Program-made: the position numbers and the translations under genes
Assembly (NCBI RefSeq): GCF_964204645.1
Contig: NC_134026.1
Coordinates: 20,246,150-20,310,149 of the forward strand
Source of the DNA: Tubulanus polymorphus
Taxonomy: Eukaryota > Animalia > Nemertea
Direction of reading: 5' to 3'
Length of the DNA stretch: 64,000 bases
Part shown: positions 37,101 through 48,888 of the stretch, piece after piece
How positions within the stretch are numbered: the stretch's first letter is position 1
How the letters are laid out: every line of letters begins with the position of its first letter
Notes under the pieces: model-generated
Seen by the model: only the letters and a program-made list of their open reading frames with translations
Told to the model about the DNA's origin: nothing
The model's database searches: none

Positions 37101-38421
37101 CACCACACATTCCGCGTGACTGAAAAAAGAGTTAAGTTGTCGTTTAATGGTCAGTTGATATCCGTTCATTTGCACAAAAGTTAGTTTAAGTTAATCTCTT
37201 ATTTTATAAGTGGTGTCCTTTTCAAATCCGCCAACCTTGCCAGGAACGAAACAGGATGGCTCCGACTTTGAAATCGAGAGTTGAAAATACAGATGAATGG
37301 TTTGATAGTAGACAATTTTCTATTTCTAACCACTGGATAATAATGAAGTTTTATCGTCACATGACGGCTAGCTAGTGCTAACTTTGGTTTGACGGATAAA
37401 ACATAGGCAGGGAAGTTGACTTCTTTTCATAGGTCAACCATAACGAGCTAGTTGCTAAAAGTTATTTAGTTAACCACTGTTTAGTTGACAAAGTGAAAAT
37501 TAAAAGTTCATTGTTACAATGTTATCTATCAGGGGTTAGTAGCTCAAAAGTTGGTTAAAGATAACCGGTGGATAAATACCATTGATACAATTGAGTTTTA
37601 ATTGTCACTATGTCAACTATCCACTGGTTAACTCGGACCAAACTTTGAGCAACTGGCCCCTGCTGGTTTTTCTTTTAACCAACTTTTGAGGAACTGGCTT
37701 CAGGTTTATACATTCAACTGCTCATTTTCTACTGACCTGGAGACATTGTTTAATGATAAGCGCAACAGCGACGATAAAAATATAGCACCCGATCGCGATA
37801 CAAATAATTGCAGGCAATGGTAACTGCTCCGTCCCGGGCAGTATATTTGGAGCCTGCGTAATAACCTAAAAAGAGTTTTGAAAAATCGTTTAAAAGAGTA
37901 TATAATTTTTTAGATTGTCAACTGTAACGTAGTAGGTAGCTACACTGGAGAAATACCGGTACAGTAGGCCTGAGTCTGAATACCAGACGTTGTTAGTCCC
38001 TTACAACAGTCCCATATGGGGGAAAAATAGCTCAGGCTCAGGCCCGTACCCAGGGGGGGGGGTGCGAACCGATCTCCCCAGCAAGATCCTGAGGACGAGA
38101 CATTCACTAACATTATTGGCTAACATCTAAATAACTTCTTATAACATTAACATCTAAAACTTTCTGGATGAAGACACCCACACCTTCCACCCACGGGAAG
38201 ATTTTAGTTCAGTGCAAAGACAAACTAAACTAAATTTGTTTTTATTTGATTTGGATTAGACCGTATTCTATCTTTTGGGGTTTTTTACAACAAACTGTGC
38301 AAATAAAACTACTTTTGTTTACATTTGTTTTCATAATCAGATTTTCATTCTCATTTTAACTTTTAAGGGTTCCTAAAATTATAACATAAAAATTTCCATT
38401 TTCTAAACTTACACTGGACAT
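28188..38421 (-). CDS. Uncharacterised single-pass Cys-rich membrane protein with alternative terminal exons (155 aa or 188 aa)
   Basis: Phase-0 exons: 38421-38413 (MSS), 37865-37737 (VITQAP...LPLPAIICIAIGCYIFIVAVALIIKQCLQ, one TM helix), 37119-36973 (13 Cys), 36370-36296 (HFDCVDIILCQCC...). These are followed by either 32354-32148 (LGPCECLCTCSIPNCDVINCWCFQI...*) or 28295-28188 (FNNMSCTCGCSAPECENINCLCFEIKMKALPAEME*). Minus-strand AATAAA at ~27545-27550. The ORF track misses nearly all of this gene. Confidence 0.85.
31725..32013. mobile_element. MITE of the AGGGGCGGATCCAG family (decayed relatives at ~10853, 47220-47560, 56811-57077)
   Basis: AGAGGCGGATCCATG ... CCTAGGTCCGCCCCTG inverted termini. 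Confidence 0.55.
32571..32710. mobile_element. PIF/Harbinger-like MITE family B (other copies ~11356-11483, 20523-20658, 46450-46730)
   Basis: GGGGCCAGTTGCACAGTCATGACTTAAGTCCAAAAGTGGTCTTAAATC...GATTGGCTATAGAAC...GACTATGCAACCGG occurs at four loci. Confidence 0.7.
33380..33756 (-). mobile_element. Older diverged fragment of the same HINE family
   Basis: Shares blocks AAATGGCAAACCA..GCTACAGG, AAACCAAATAT..AAGACA and AATAACTGGATTCC..CGGACAGACGGAC with the two full copies. It is truncated by a TTAA element at 33757. Confidence 0.6.
33761..34044. mobile_element. piggyBac-like MITE, second copy
   Basis: TTAA|CCCTTTAAGTGC ... GCACTGAAAGCG|TTAA. The body is the reverse complement of 11822-12108 (e.g. 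AAAGATGGCAGCACCTGTCAA). Confidence 0.8.
34423..35637 (-). mobile_element. Non-autonomous Helentron-type element (HINE), copy 2
   Basis: Same termini (AACTAGGGGTCCAGGGACACC ... GTCCCAAGTGGGCTAAAAA) and body as 1515-2777. The third internal repeat unit is partly deleted. Confidence 0.8.
35646..35718. repeat. Tandem duplication of ~38 bp
   Basis: TTTCAGTGTTAAAATTTTGCGACTGGACACCG occurs twice, immediately after HINE copy 2. Confidence 0.85.
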
Positions 38422-38642
38422 TGTTATATACAAAAGGCCGCATATAAATGCAGCTGGACTCTCAGAGAAAAGATGTTAACATCGTTTTGTGGCATTTACG
38501 TCGGTACTTAAAATTTTGGCGTCCTCATTCGCCATGGTGATCTATCATTGCGGCAAGTGAGGATGAAATATTCCGCAAGGTGGAGCTAGCTTACGGGACA
38601 CTTGCGGCAACGTCCGGTATCTTTTTGCGGTGGCCGGTAAGT
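38422..38642. promoter_or_regulatory. Compact bidirectional promoter / 5' UTR region of the Cys-rich gene (-) and RUS1 (+)
   Basis: The minus-strand ATG is at 38421. A plus-strand donor CCG|GTAAGT at 38637 can splice to the acceptor just before the RUS1 ATG (39295). The region is locally CpG-rich. Confidence 0.6.
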
Positions 38643-39294
38643 AATTTAACGAATTTAATCGAATTTAATCATCCATTCGAAATCGAAACCTAATTCGCAT
38701 GCCCAACAAGCTGACAAACGTAGGGAAGCATTGAATTGAATGCACAGGCCGGGACTTGACACAAAGTTTTTGATCCTCTATTCGTATTCCCGCGAGTCAG
38801 AGTAGTACCTTGTCCGAACTTGTTAGGCTACTTGAAATACTATCCATCAGTCTTAATATAAAAAGGCAAGGGACCAACTCTCGGTCAATAGGTATTTCAC
38901 TTCAACAGTTTGTAACTTCGTTATTGATTATCCAATCCGCTTCAAGTAAGATTATTCTTTAAGATAACGAATTTCTGCGTTAAACTGAGTGGTTAGAGAA
39001 AGATTTGAGTGCTTTCGAGATTGTTAAATCGTGCGATTAATCCGAAAAAATCGGCTCAATCCGTCTTTACCGCACCAACCTGAAAGTAAATGATTTTTTA
39101 AAACAACCCGTGCTTTCAACCAGTAATTCTGAACCAATTTTTGCAAACGCGAACTACCGGTATCCGGCCCTGCGCTCTATACTACTCCAGCTTTTTAAAG
39201 CTTTATTAGGCCTATAATGTTATGCACTAGGCCTAATACAGGTTCAAAGGAACCTGTTGAACTTAAGAAATGATTCTGTATTTTCAGAGAGATC

Positions 39295-42200
39295 ATGGCA
39301 GATAATGTACTATTGTGTAAAGAACGGTATGGCAAGGCCTCTGTTGACCGCGAGTACTATACAACCAAGCCGCATGTTCCGGAACAAAAAGGCAGTGCTG
39401 ATTATAACGGTCTGACTGCATCTTCATTGTGCGATACTTCGCGACCCGTAGTCATAAAAAACCGAAGTTCACATGCGAGGAACTTTAATCAAGTTCTAGA
39501 GGTAGGCAGCAGGTTACATAGCATAACCTCGTTATAACGACCTTGGATATAATGACATATCGATTACAGCTAACGTATATTCCATCCCAGATCAATTCTA
39601 TTGATTTCTAATTGGATAAACTTATAAAAAAACAATTGGTTGTAATGAAAAACGTTTCGGGCCCCTGGAGTTCCTTGTAACAAGGAACCTGTGTAGTTTC
39701 TTAAAGCAGTAGGTCAATTGAGATGGGTCACCATCAGTTTAAATGCTGAATTGAGATTGGTCAATTTAAGTCTTTGAATCGGGCTTAGGCCACATGATAT
39801 CTGGTTTCCACAATTTGCTTCGGTATAAAACTGCAAATTACCGATAACTGAAAATGCACAATCGAAAATTCATTAGTTTCATTTATAAGTTATTTGCTCT
39901 TTTTTACGATTTCAGTCTATATTTTTACCACAAGGATACCCAGACAGCGTTAGCAAGGATTATTTGGCATATCAAATATGGGACACTATACAGGTAAGGC
40001 CTTACGATTTACATTAGAATTGAAGAAAGAATTGGTGCTGTCAAACCTGTTTGAACTAGATTTCGATCTAAGCATGGACGTATAGGTAAACTAGATTATT
40101 ATTGTATCTAGTTTATACATCGAGATCTGAGGTGATCAGTGTAAATTATGTACCGTTACGTAAAAAGTTGGCACTCTAACCCTCAGATATATTTTTTTTA
40201 GCACCGGTATCTCAGACCATTCATACAAACTGATTGATGCTATAAAAGATTTTAAAAAAACCTACACTGCCTAAATATAGAACAAAAATGGCATTGCAAC
40301 AAGTAAAATGCGTAGGCCTTAGTTCATTCTCTTTCATCTGGTGGAAGAAACTCATAAATGAGGAATATCCAACATCAATGACTTTATGTTGATAGTGAGT
40401 CTTGACCAAATACATTCGAATCTATTGTAGAATGTACCCCATTGATAATAGTTCTATCATTCAAATTTTGAAGTCCAGATTTTCCATAGTCTAGCTAAGT
40501 TTATATTCCCCTATTGCCTTTATTAAAAATACTGTTTTTAAAAGTCCTCAATGCTATGCTGTGTAAAGTTTTGACTGGAGCACAGTGTCAGGTTCAAAGC
40601 CAACATTCACCAATCCGAGTGGCAGGTGCTTTAATGATTTCACTGTCGATGCTAGGCATTTGCGAGTAGTATCACGGGAACATTGGCCACTAGAGCCGTG
40701 TTACAAGGCTATGGAGTCGGCGATGAGAATGCGACTGCTACTGCTGCTACGATTACATGGATTTTAAAAGGTAAGTAGAAAGTATTCGCTCATAAGTTAA
40801 CCGGTTGACGTTTTGAGCGGTTGACGTTATTGAATTGAAAATATATTTTGTAGATGGAACTGGTATGTTTGGAAGAATCGTCTTCGCTTGGCTTAAAGGG
40901 TAAGTTAGATAGATTGAATTCTATCTAATCACGATTTTCTTACTGCTGGTAGCCTACTTCATATGCGCTACCTACTCATACAAATATTGTGCTGGTATAA
41001 CCAGTTCAAGACAAGAAATTCCTTGAGCTGCTATTGTCCTGAAAGAGAGTTAGTTTTGGAATTAACATTTAGCTCTTTCATCAAGATTGCCCCATACTGA
41101 TTAGTTTGATGAATTGAAGTTTGATACGTACCTGCATCAAAAAATTAGAAAATTGAGTTTCGTTGAGCTTCTATAATATCTTGTTTATTCTTCATGTCTT
41201 AGTATGGTTATTCTATTATCTAATATCTTTATTACTATGGAAAACTGCGCTATATAAATGACTATTATTTATTTTATTATTTATCATCCTGTGACAATTT
41301 TGTTAACCAGTGATTTATTTCGGGTGTATTTTCCACTTTAGATCAAGCTTGGACTGTGACGCTAAACGATGGAGGTATCTATAAGCATTGAAAAGAAATA
41401 GAAAAATTGCATGTAGTTGTCTTTCCGTTGATCTGCAGATCTTGAATCATCTACGTTTGTAGGTATTTTGCTGACATGTTGAACGATTTTGCGATTTCGA
41501 TGGATTTGATAGCTCCGTTTTTCAAGAATTACTTTACGGCGATCGTATGTTTTTCTGGAGTGTGCAGGGTAAGTAGTGATCTCTATATCAATTTCCATAA
41601 TGGAAATTGATATATAGCTTATATATATATATATATATATAAGCTAAGCATGCTACAACATCAGCATCAACACCATTACATCAATATTGGCTCAACATTG
41701 GCTAAAAAGAGTCTTTAGAAAAAGATGAAATTAGATTAGTCGTGGAGCTTATAGTTCAGAGCTGCTTCATTTATCTGTATTGCTGACAATTTACCACTCC
41801 TGATTATGCTACCTTTCATGGCATTAAAAATGAATCTGCTTAAAAGAAATGGTTTTATTTTCCCGACAATGCAACTATCATTTTACAGTCTGGAGCAGCA
41901 GCCCCTCACATTTTAGATACTTCATCGCTATTCTTTTGATTGGACGTCACCCGAGACATTTCTAATTGATAATGAACATACAAAAGGCTAGGTTTTATGC
42001 TCTTGACTTCAATTATATCTTTTTTTTCATCCACACTTCGCATATGATATTTTCAACAAAAAAGATACATACATGTGTACTATATACACGTGTACTAAAT
42101 GTAAGAGATTCCAAGGTTAAATATTTCTAATTGCCACAATTTCAAAGAGTGGACAGCCCGACATAGCAATAAATAGTTCATTGGCGCTTAGAAGAGTTTC

Positions 42201-44656
42201 TTAGCGTGTTGAAACTGTGATACAATTGTCTTCCAGTCGATAGTAGGTGTAGCGGGCGGTGCTACTCGGGCTGCATTGACTCAACATCAAGCAAGACGTA
42301 ACAACATGGCTGATGTATCCGCGAAGGATGGAAGTCAGGTATTGTGATTTCCATGAACTGTATAGCTTGCTTGAACCTCGACGGAGGAACGAAATATGTC
42401 TAGGATTTTAGATAAACTTTTTAGTATTGCAACAATCGTGGATCCTTGATTGCTGCAGTGTAGAATGAATGAGGTGATCAGAGTCCTCATATTGAGTATC
42501 AACTTGGGTTAATTCCTGGTTAAATGCGGTATATGAAATCGACCTCAATATTCTAAGTGGTTGTTGTTTGAGATCTCCAGAGAAACCAACATTTATCGTT
42601 CATTATTTATACATTTTGTTACGATTTGCAGGAAACAATGGTGAATCTTGCAGCTCTTTTGTGTAGTATGGTGCTAATTCCGTTAGTGGCTCAAAATCAA
42701 AGGTCAGTAGCCAAAATTAAAGTCTGAAAAAAAGTATAGTCTGAAAGTATAGTCTTACCCCAAGATTGAAGCTATGTATAGTCTACCTCAGAAATGTCAA
42801 AATTTTGGATGTAATCTGACAGTCCCGAGAAATCTGAGCATGGAGTCTCATTTATCATCCATAGAGGGCTCATAAATGACTATCCTTGTATCTATGATTG
42901 TTTCAGTTTGGTGTGGCTATGTTATGTGATCTTTACTGCTCTACATTTGTTTGCCAATTACAAAGCGGTGACTGTTGTCGTTATGGAATCTTTGAATCAA
43001 GCTCGACTTAAGATAATCATCGAGCACTATTTGACGAGGGATAGCTATTTCGCACCTGTTAGACTTGTCAATTACCTCGAGCCCGTAGTATGGGGTGAGT
43101 ACCAGGCAGTTTACAGTTCGTTGTATGTTCCTCGTAGTGAAATAGAAAATTTTCCGATTCCAAAGTTTTGACATAGATGTATGTACGTACAATCTGTTTT
43201 TCAGGAACAAGACGGATATTTGATATTCAATTAGGCGTGTCTTATCGAAAGTTGTTAACTAAGTCTGGGTAAGTTTCGTAAGATATCATATGATGATGAT
43301 GACGACGACGACGACGACGACGATGATGATTCTGTTATAGGATTCAAATCCTGGCATCGAAGAGTCAAATGTTCTAACCATCCTAGACAGGGTGGCTTCA
43401 GGGGTCAGATTTTTCATGTGCCCTTCAAAATGTCCATAACAGAATTTTATATTTTCCCGAATGATCTATTAGAAATCGATCTTATGAATGAATTTTTTTA
43501 AATTTATGAGATCTTTACTAACAAAATCATTAACAACTTGATTAAACAAAATCTATATTGTTCTTCCGTTTATATAGCAATACGTGGAAAGTTGATCGTG
43601 GACTTTGTTTGATACATGACAGTGAAAACAAATACATTTTGCGTTGCAAAAACCGTAAGTAATTTCTATGTTTTTCATATATTTTTGGTGTTTCAATAAA
43701 TGTTAAAAATGTTAAGAAAATGTTTAAAAAAAATATTAGTAAAGACTTGTTTACATAAATGATAATCTTAGCCGGGTATATGAATTAGAAAACATAAGTA
43801 AGACAAATCAATTTAATCAGAGTTGTTTCTGGAAGAGTCTATATGAATTTACTACCCGTAGTTTGATTGAGTTCTGACCGTCCTTCGACTTCAGGTGTGA
43901 TTACCATAGTTCTCAGTTCACGGGCCGGAAAGGAAGATCAGCTACGGGCGTGTTTCCAAGCAGAGGTGTTGAATTTTGCCCAACAAGCAGCCAAAAAAAG
44001 TTTGTGCCAAGGGCAGGTACGTTGTAAGAGAGTGATTCTACAACTAATGTAATTCAAAAGGCAAATTTATCGAAACATACACCCAATGCTGAGTACTCCA
44101 ACTGGGCATTGATTGACAAATGCACCCATTTTCAAGTGTGGTACTGTTTAAATTTTTTTTGTAATTTTATCATTTATCCAAGATAAACTTAATTGCCACC
44201 TAGCAGAGTAATTGGCAGCTAGGAGCTGCCACCAACATGACTCATTTATCCACAGCAGATACTCGCAATTAAGTACCCTATACTTGGTCGAGTACCGGTA
44301 ATGTACTCAGAATTGGGTATATTTCGAAGAATTTGGTTTATGATTAAGTCAGATATCCTTTGTGCACGCGTGTAGCAAGCAGATTCTTTGTAAGCATTTA
44401 CTGCCGTGTTTTGCAGGTTATAAGTTGTCCACATTTTCTGAACCTGATCCGAGGTTTGAAAAGCGGAGACGTCGCGTCCATTGAGTACGATCTTCAGATG
44501 TTCACTGTGAAACACTTCATGAAATTCAAGCCCGGTCTGCTCAACGCCGGCTGGACGTTGTCGCCGATGTTGCTCAGCGCCGATGAATGGCGAGCCGATT
44601 GGGAGGACGATTCGAACTTTCCCGCTACTTCAACAACGTTGTTTACGGATATTTAA
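39295..44656 (+). CDS. RUSF1: RUS1 family protein (C16orf58/RUSF1 homolog, DUF647), 13 coding exons, 482 aa
   Basis: Exons 39295-39501, 39916-39993, 40656-40770, 40854-40899, 41342-41374, 41463-41568, 42237-42338, 42632-42702, 42907-43094, 43205-43268, 43578-43654, 43895-44016 and 44417-44656 join in frame. Diagnostic motifs: FLPQGYPDSVSKDYLAYQIWDT, LDCDAKRWR, GVAGGATRAALTQHQARRNNMADVSAKDGSQET, LHLFANYKAV. Confidence 0.95.
43291..43330. repeat. (GAT)n(GAC)n microsatellite in a RUS1 intron
   Basis: Directly visible. Confidence 0.9.
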
Positions 44657-45727
44657 GTCGTTGATATCGTATTGAGCTAACCTTGTGTCTGCAATGTTCT
44701 GGGGCCTGTTTCACATAACAGCCATGTTTCATTACTACTCTTTTCTAACACCTTAATAGTTTTCAAATTCTTTCTATGATACACCACTAAGGAAAAGTTC
44801 ATAAATGCGTTGAGTGCCAGCTACGAATTAACTTTTACTTACGATTCTCTCACGAGTGCCAGAGATTCTTCATATTTATGATAAGATATTTTTGAGCAAA
44901 CAACTTCATTGGTTAATTTTGAGCAAAGGCTGACTATGTAGCAGCTCCACTGCTGACCTACGACTATATTCCTGTGGTGCCTGGTGGCGACACCGTATTA
45001 TCAAGCTGGCAGCCAATGTGTTTAAAAGGTTTTAATCTTAAGACTGTGGAGTTGAATAGTTGCCCTCATTGAAAACATAAGCAACTAAACCGATAACTCT
45101 TCGAAAACCTTTTAGCGAAACTAGGCCTAGGTACTGGTAGTTTATTTTGCTACGAATTTTCAGATACACGTTTCAATTGACCTTCGGTCTAATGGTATAT
45201 AGATTGGAAGTGATGGTTGTATCGACAACGTCCGTCCATAAATCGGTATTGTGGACTGAATTCGTTCTCGGAAAGAGATGCATAATGGTCTCTCAACTAT
45301 TCAATGTGAAATTCGCGAATTATCGACATTGATTAGTCTCCAGCGACATCCAAATGATTATTTTCGTGTATGTACATGTGTATGTTATTTCTTCTGAGAT
45401 TTTCCAGACTTAGTTTATAGGTGATTGAAAAAAAGGGAATGATGATATTTCTGTGAGTCGCAATGCAATTTTATTTATTCTTTAGAATATATAGCAATGT
45501 ATATTCTTGAACATATTTTAAATAATATAGTAATAATATATTATTGATATGTATCGCATTTATAAGTAATTAGTAATTAGTTATACATGTATTATGCCGT
45601 TTCATTGTAAGTGTAGCTTTTAAAGTACATTATTTGTATGAATGCATTAATCAAGTGTTTTTTACACCCTAGAATATAATGTACATTTAGTATTATTATT
45701 AGTATACAATAGACTCTGCCTAATCAG

Positions 45728-46079
45728 TAAGGGGTTATCTATTTATTACGCACACATTGTCATCAGGGGAGGGCTAAGTGCAATTGTGTAATACTTAGTG
45801 TTTATGAAAATGGCCGTTTTTGTGTACGGGGGGGGGGGGGGAAGGGTTGAAAAATTCCAATTTTATGCATACGTTTAATGAATAAATGTTCCCTAATCCA
45901 TTCATACTGGTAGGGGTACATTCATTTATTACGTATGCGTTAGGGGAGGGGGAGGGGTCAGTGCAATTGCGTACTGTGATGCTTAGTGTATATGAAAAAA
46001 TGGCCGATTTTGCGTACAGAGGGGGAGGGGGGTTGAAAACTTCAAATCTTATGCGTACGTAATAAATGAATGATCCCTA
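45728..46079. mobile_element. Two adjacent copies of a ~170 bp MITE
   Basis: 45911-46079 has TIR AGGGGTACATTCATTTATTACGTA / TACGTAATAAATGAATGATCCCT. 45728-45896 is a more decayed copy with the same G-run interior. Confidence 0.7.
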
Positions 46080-48169
46080 GAATGATAAAAAGAATTTTCT
46101 GTTCCTAGTGTTTGTTAATGCGGAAAAAAATGAAAATTTATACCGATAACATTTTACCAGTCCCCATGCTACTGCTATATGTGGAGTCTACTGTAGTATT
46201 ATGTTTAGATTATGTTAATGAATGTTGTATTGTATTTTTGCGTAATTTCAAACATTTCTTATCTGAAAAAGTAGGAAAACTATTTTAACATTTATTTTTA
46301 GTGCGGGTATAACGCTGTAACCTGGAACCCCTTCAGACATTGACAATTGTCGCGTGAACTTCTGAAATATGCAACGCCTAGTGATTGTAGTTCCTTCGTT
46401 GGTTCATTGTTCAGTGTGTCTGAGGCTTAGTTTCTCGAACATGTCAGGTGGGCCAGTTCCTCAGTTGAGACTTAAGTTCAAAAATGGTCTTAAATTTACC
46501 CCAGTGAAATTCATTACTTGTTCCTTATTCCTTATTCCGTTACTTATTCAGAATTCATCTCCCAATAAGGAACAAGTAACATGTTAGTTGTTCCTTATTC
46601 TGATTTTCTTGTTACTTATTGGGAATTCATCTCCCATTTTAAGACTGGTCTTAAGTTGTTACATTGGTTTTAGAACTAAGATGGTCTTGAATTGGTCTTA
46701 AGTCTCAGCCATGACTATGGAACTGGGCTCCGAAGTCTGGACAACAAAAATGAGGAAGAATGATTGTGTGAGGGGTCGGGTTTGGGTAGCTGGTTGATAT
46801 CGGCTGAATTCTTATAGCATTCCAATTTTGTCTCATTGCAGCTGGGTTTTGCTAATATTTTATTTTATTTCATTACCAATTTGTCTGACTACTATGTTTA
46901 TCGGAAGTATTTATAGCAGTTAGGCTATAGTGTTTTCAAGGTTTGTCTTAAATATACACACATACGTATTGATATCAATACTGAGAGTATGACTTATTTT
47001 GATCTTCTAAAGACTTTGGGTATCAAAATGATCTTCAGTAAAAGTCCTTCATAACTGTTGGGACCAATGAAAAACATGGCGTTAAAACGAATTTAAGATT
47101 GGTAATTTCAATTGAAGTTTGAGTAAGATTTGGGCAAATATGTTGGCTTTAAGCGAGCAGTGGCACTAAAAAGGATGGCATTATATCGGACTGTGAATGT
47201 ATATACTTATAGACTTAGCAAGGGTAGATCTAGGATTCTTTGAAGTGGATGGACCTAAAAATGGCATTAATTTGAAAAGGGCAGATTTTGCAAAATGCAA
47301 GGGCTGCAAGCGTGAAACATTGGTTGGGGTTCTTGTGGCCCTCCAACAAATAATTAAGGGCTAGAATGGGACTTTTCTGGCCCTTGGTCCATTTCGATTT
47401 ATATTTCGTCTTTAGAATTTTTGGAGGGCGCATTCAAATTTTGAGGCACACTCTCGTATATAATACATTTGAAAAGTTTACTAATCCACTTCGAATTTTT
47501 TCTACTGTTCCAAAAAAGGACATTTCTCGATTTTTTTGTGCAAGGGGCAGATCCAGGGACTACTGTTGCGTGTAGCGCAACTTATAAAGTAGTGAAGGAT
47601 ATAATCCAAGTAAAAACGATTTTGTACGTTTACCGTTTTTTAGCCCCAATTTTCAAGCAAAAAAGGATATCCTGGTGCATAGTGCTTTCTAGAATATGTA
47701 GGCATTGAGATGTAGTTTCCGGGCAATGTCTTGCCTTTTTTTTTAAAATTATCCGCCTCGTCTTGTTAAAATGTGCCCTTTTCTAACTTTGAAATGAATG
47801 GGGGTCGATGAAGCAAAATGAAAAATAGTACGACATTTTTTGGGGACAGTAGCATGCCTACGGTGCTATCGTCTGAATCCGCGCCTGAACGATGAATGTC
47901 GATTTAAATCGAATGTGTCCGGAATCTCCGTAATTCGTGAATATTGTATTCGGTTTTTTACAGTGTCATTAATATTCATCATTGCAATTTATTTTATTTT
48001 CCTTGGAAACTGCCGTGACCTTGTTATTGGGAATAACAGCACAATTAACGAGAGTGTTACCTCAAATAGCGCATCTAATTTTATAGTGACCTTTATCGGC
48101 ATTCGGAAAATAAGTTCATTTCTATTTTGCGTTTTATGCTGGTAGTTTGCACTGCGTTGAACAGGATCG

Positions 48170-48888
48170 ATCAAGAAAATATCGCCAATTTGGATTTTTA
48201 CGTTTATGCTTTGTTTCGGTGTCGGGGAAAGCGTTTTTATCAGAACATCAAAAGCTGAAAGTTGTCAGGATATACAAATGCCATTGTGTAAAGTAGGATT
48301 GTCGTACAATCAAACTAAACTGCCAAATATGTTTCGTCATCGAAACCAAGAAGACGCTGGCGTGGAGTTACGTCAGTTCTGGTGGAAGTGAAATGCAGTC
48401 CAAATTTAAGGGAGTTTTTATGCGCTATGTACGCACCGCCGTGTTCTCCAGAGCCACCGTGTAAAATCACTTTGCGAACTCGCTAGAAATGGCAGCGAAG
48501 CGCTCATGAACAGATTCGGATTTCAATGACCAGAAAAAATGAACTGTGACCATTTTCAGGATAATGAACCTTGCATCGGGGGAACTGCGACTCTAGCACC
48601 ACCGACTCAGGAGCCCTGGACTGTACCACCAACCACGGAGCCCTCAACTCCATCACCAACCGAGAAGCCATCAACTCCATCACCAACCACGGAGCCTTCG
48701 ATTCCTGCAACGTCGAACGGACCGCTGAGTGTGAAATTAATGGATTTAGAATATCGTGTTGAATTCCTCGAATCGCTGATAAAAACAGTGAAAGATATCG
48801 CGTTAAAGTAAACAGCATAGAACAACGAATCGAAACTCTCGAACGTATTCTATTGGAAGAAAATGAAACACGAAACGACTTTCAATAA
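48170..48888 (+). pseudogene. Intronless disabled gene: signal peptide + Frizzled cysteine-rich domain + Thr/Pro-rich linker + coiled coil
   Basis: Reads [90 protein letters not shown], with frameshifts at ~48380, ~48465 and ~48808 and TGA in place of the conserved Trp (~48527). No TM segments. AATAAA at 48916-48921. Confidence 0.85.

Noticed and set aside
48527-48529. TGA as selenocysteine or readthrough
   Set aside because: It replaces a conserved Trp (TGG>TGA) in a sequence that also has three frameshifts.
48170-48888. Link to vertebrate PIWIL1-FZD10 synteny
   Set aside because: The CRD resembles Fz1/2/7 or Fz5/8 types (QF.PLVEVKCSP) rather than Fz9/10, lacks the 7TM region and is a pseudogene.
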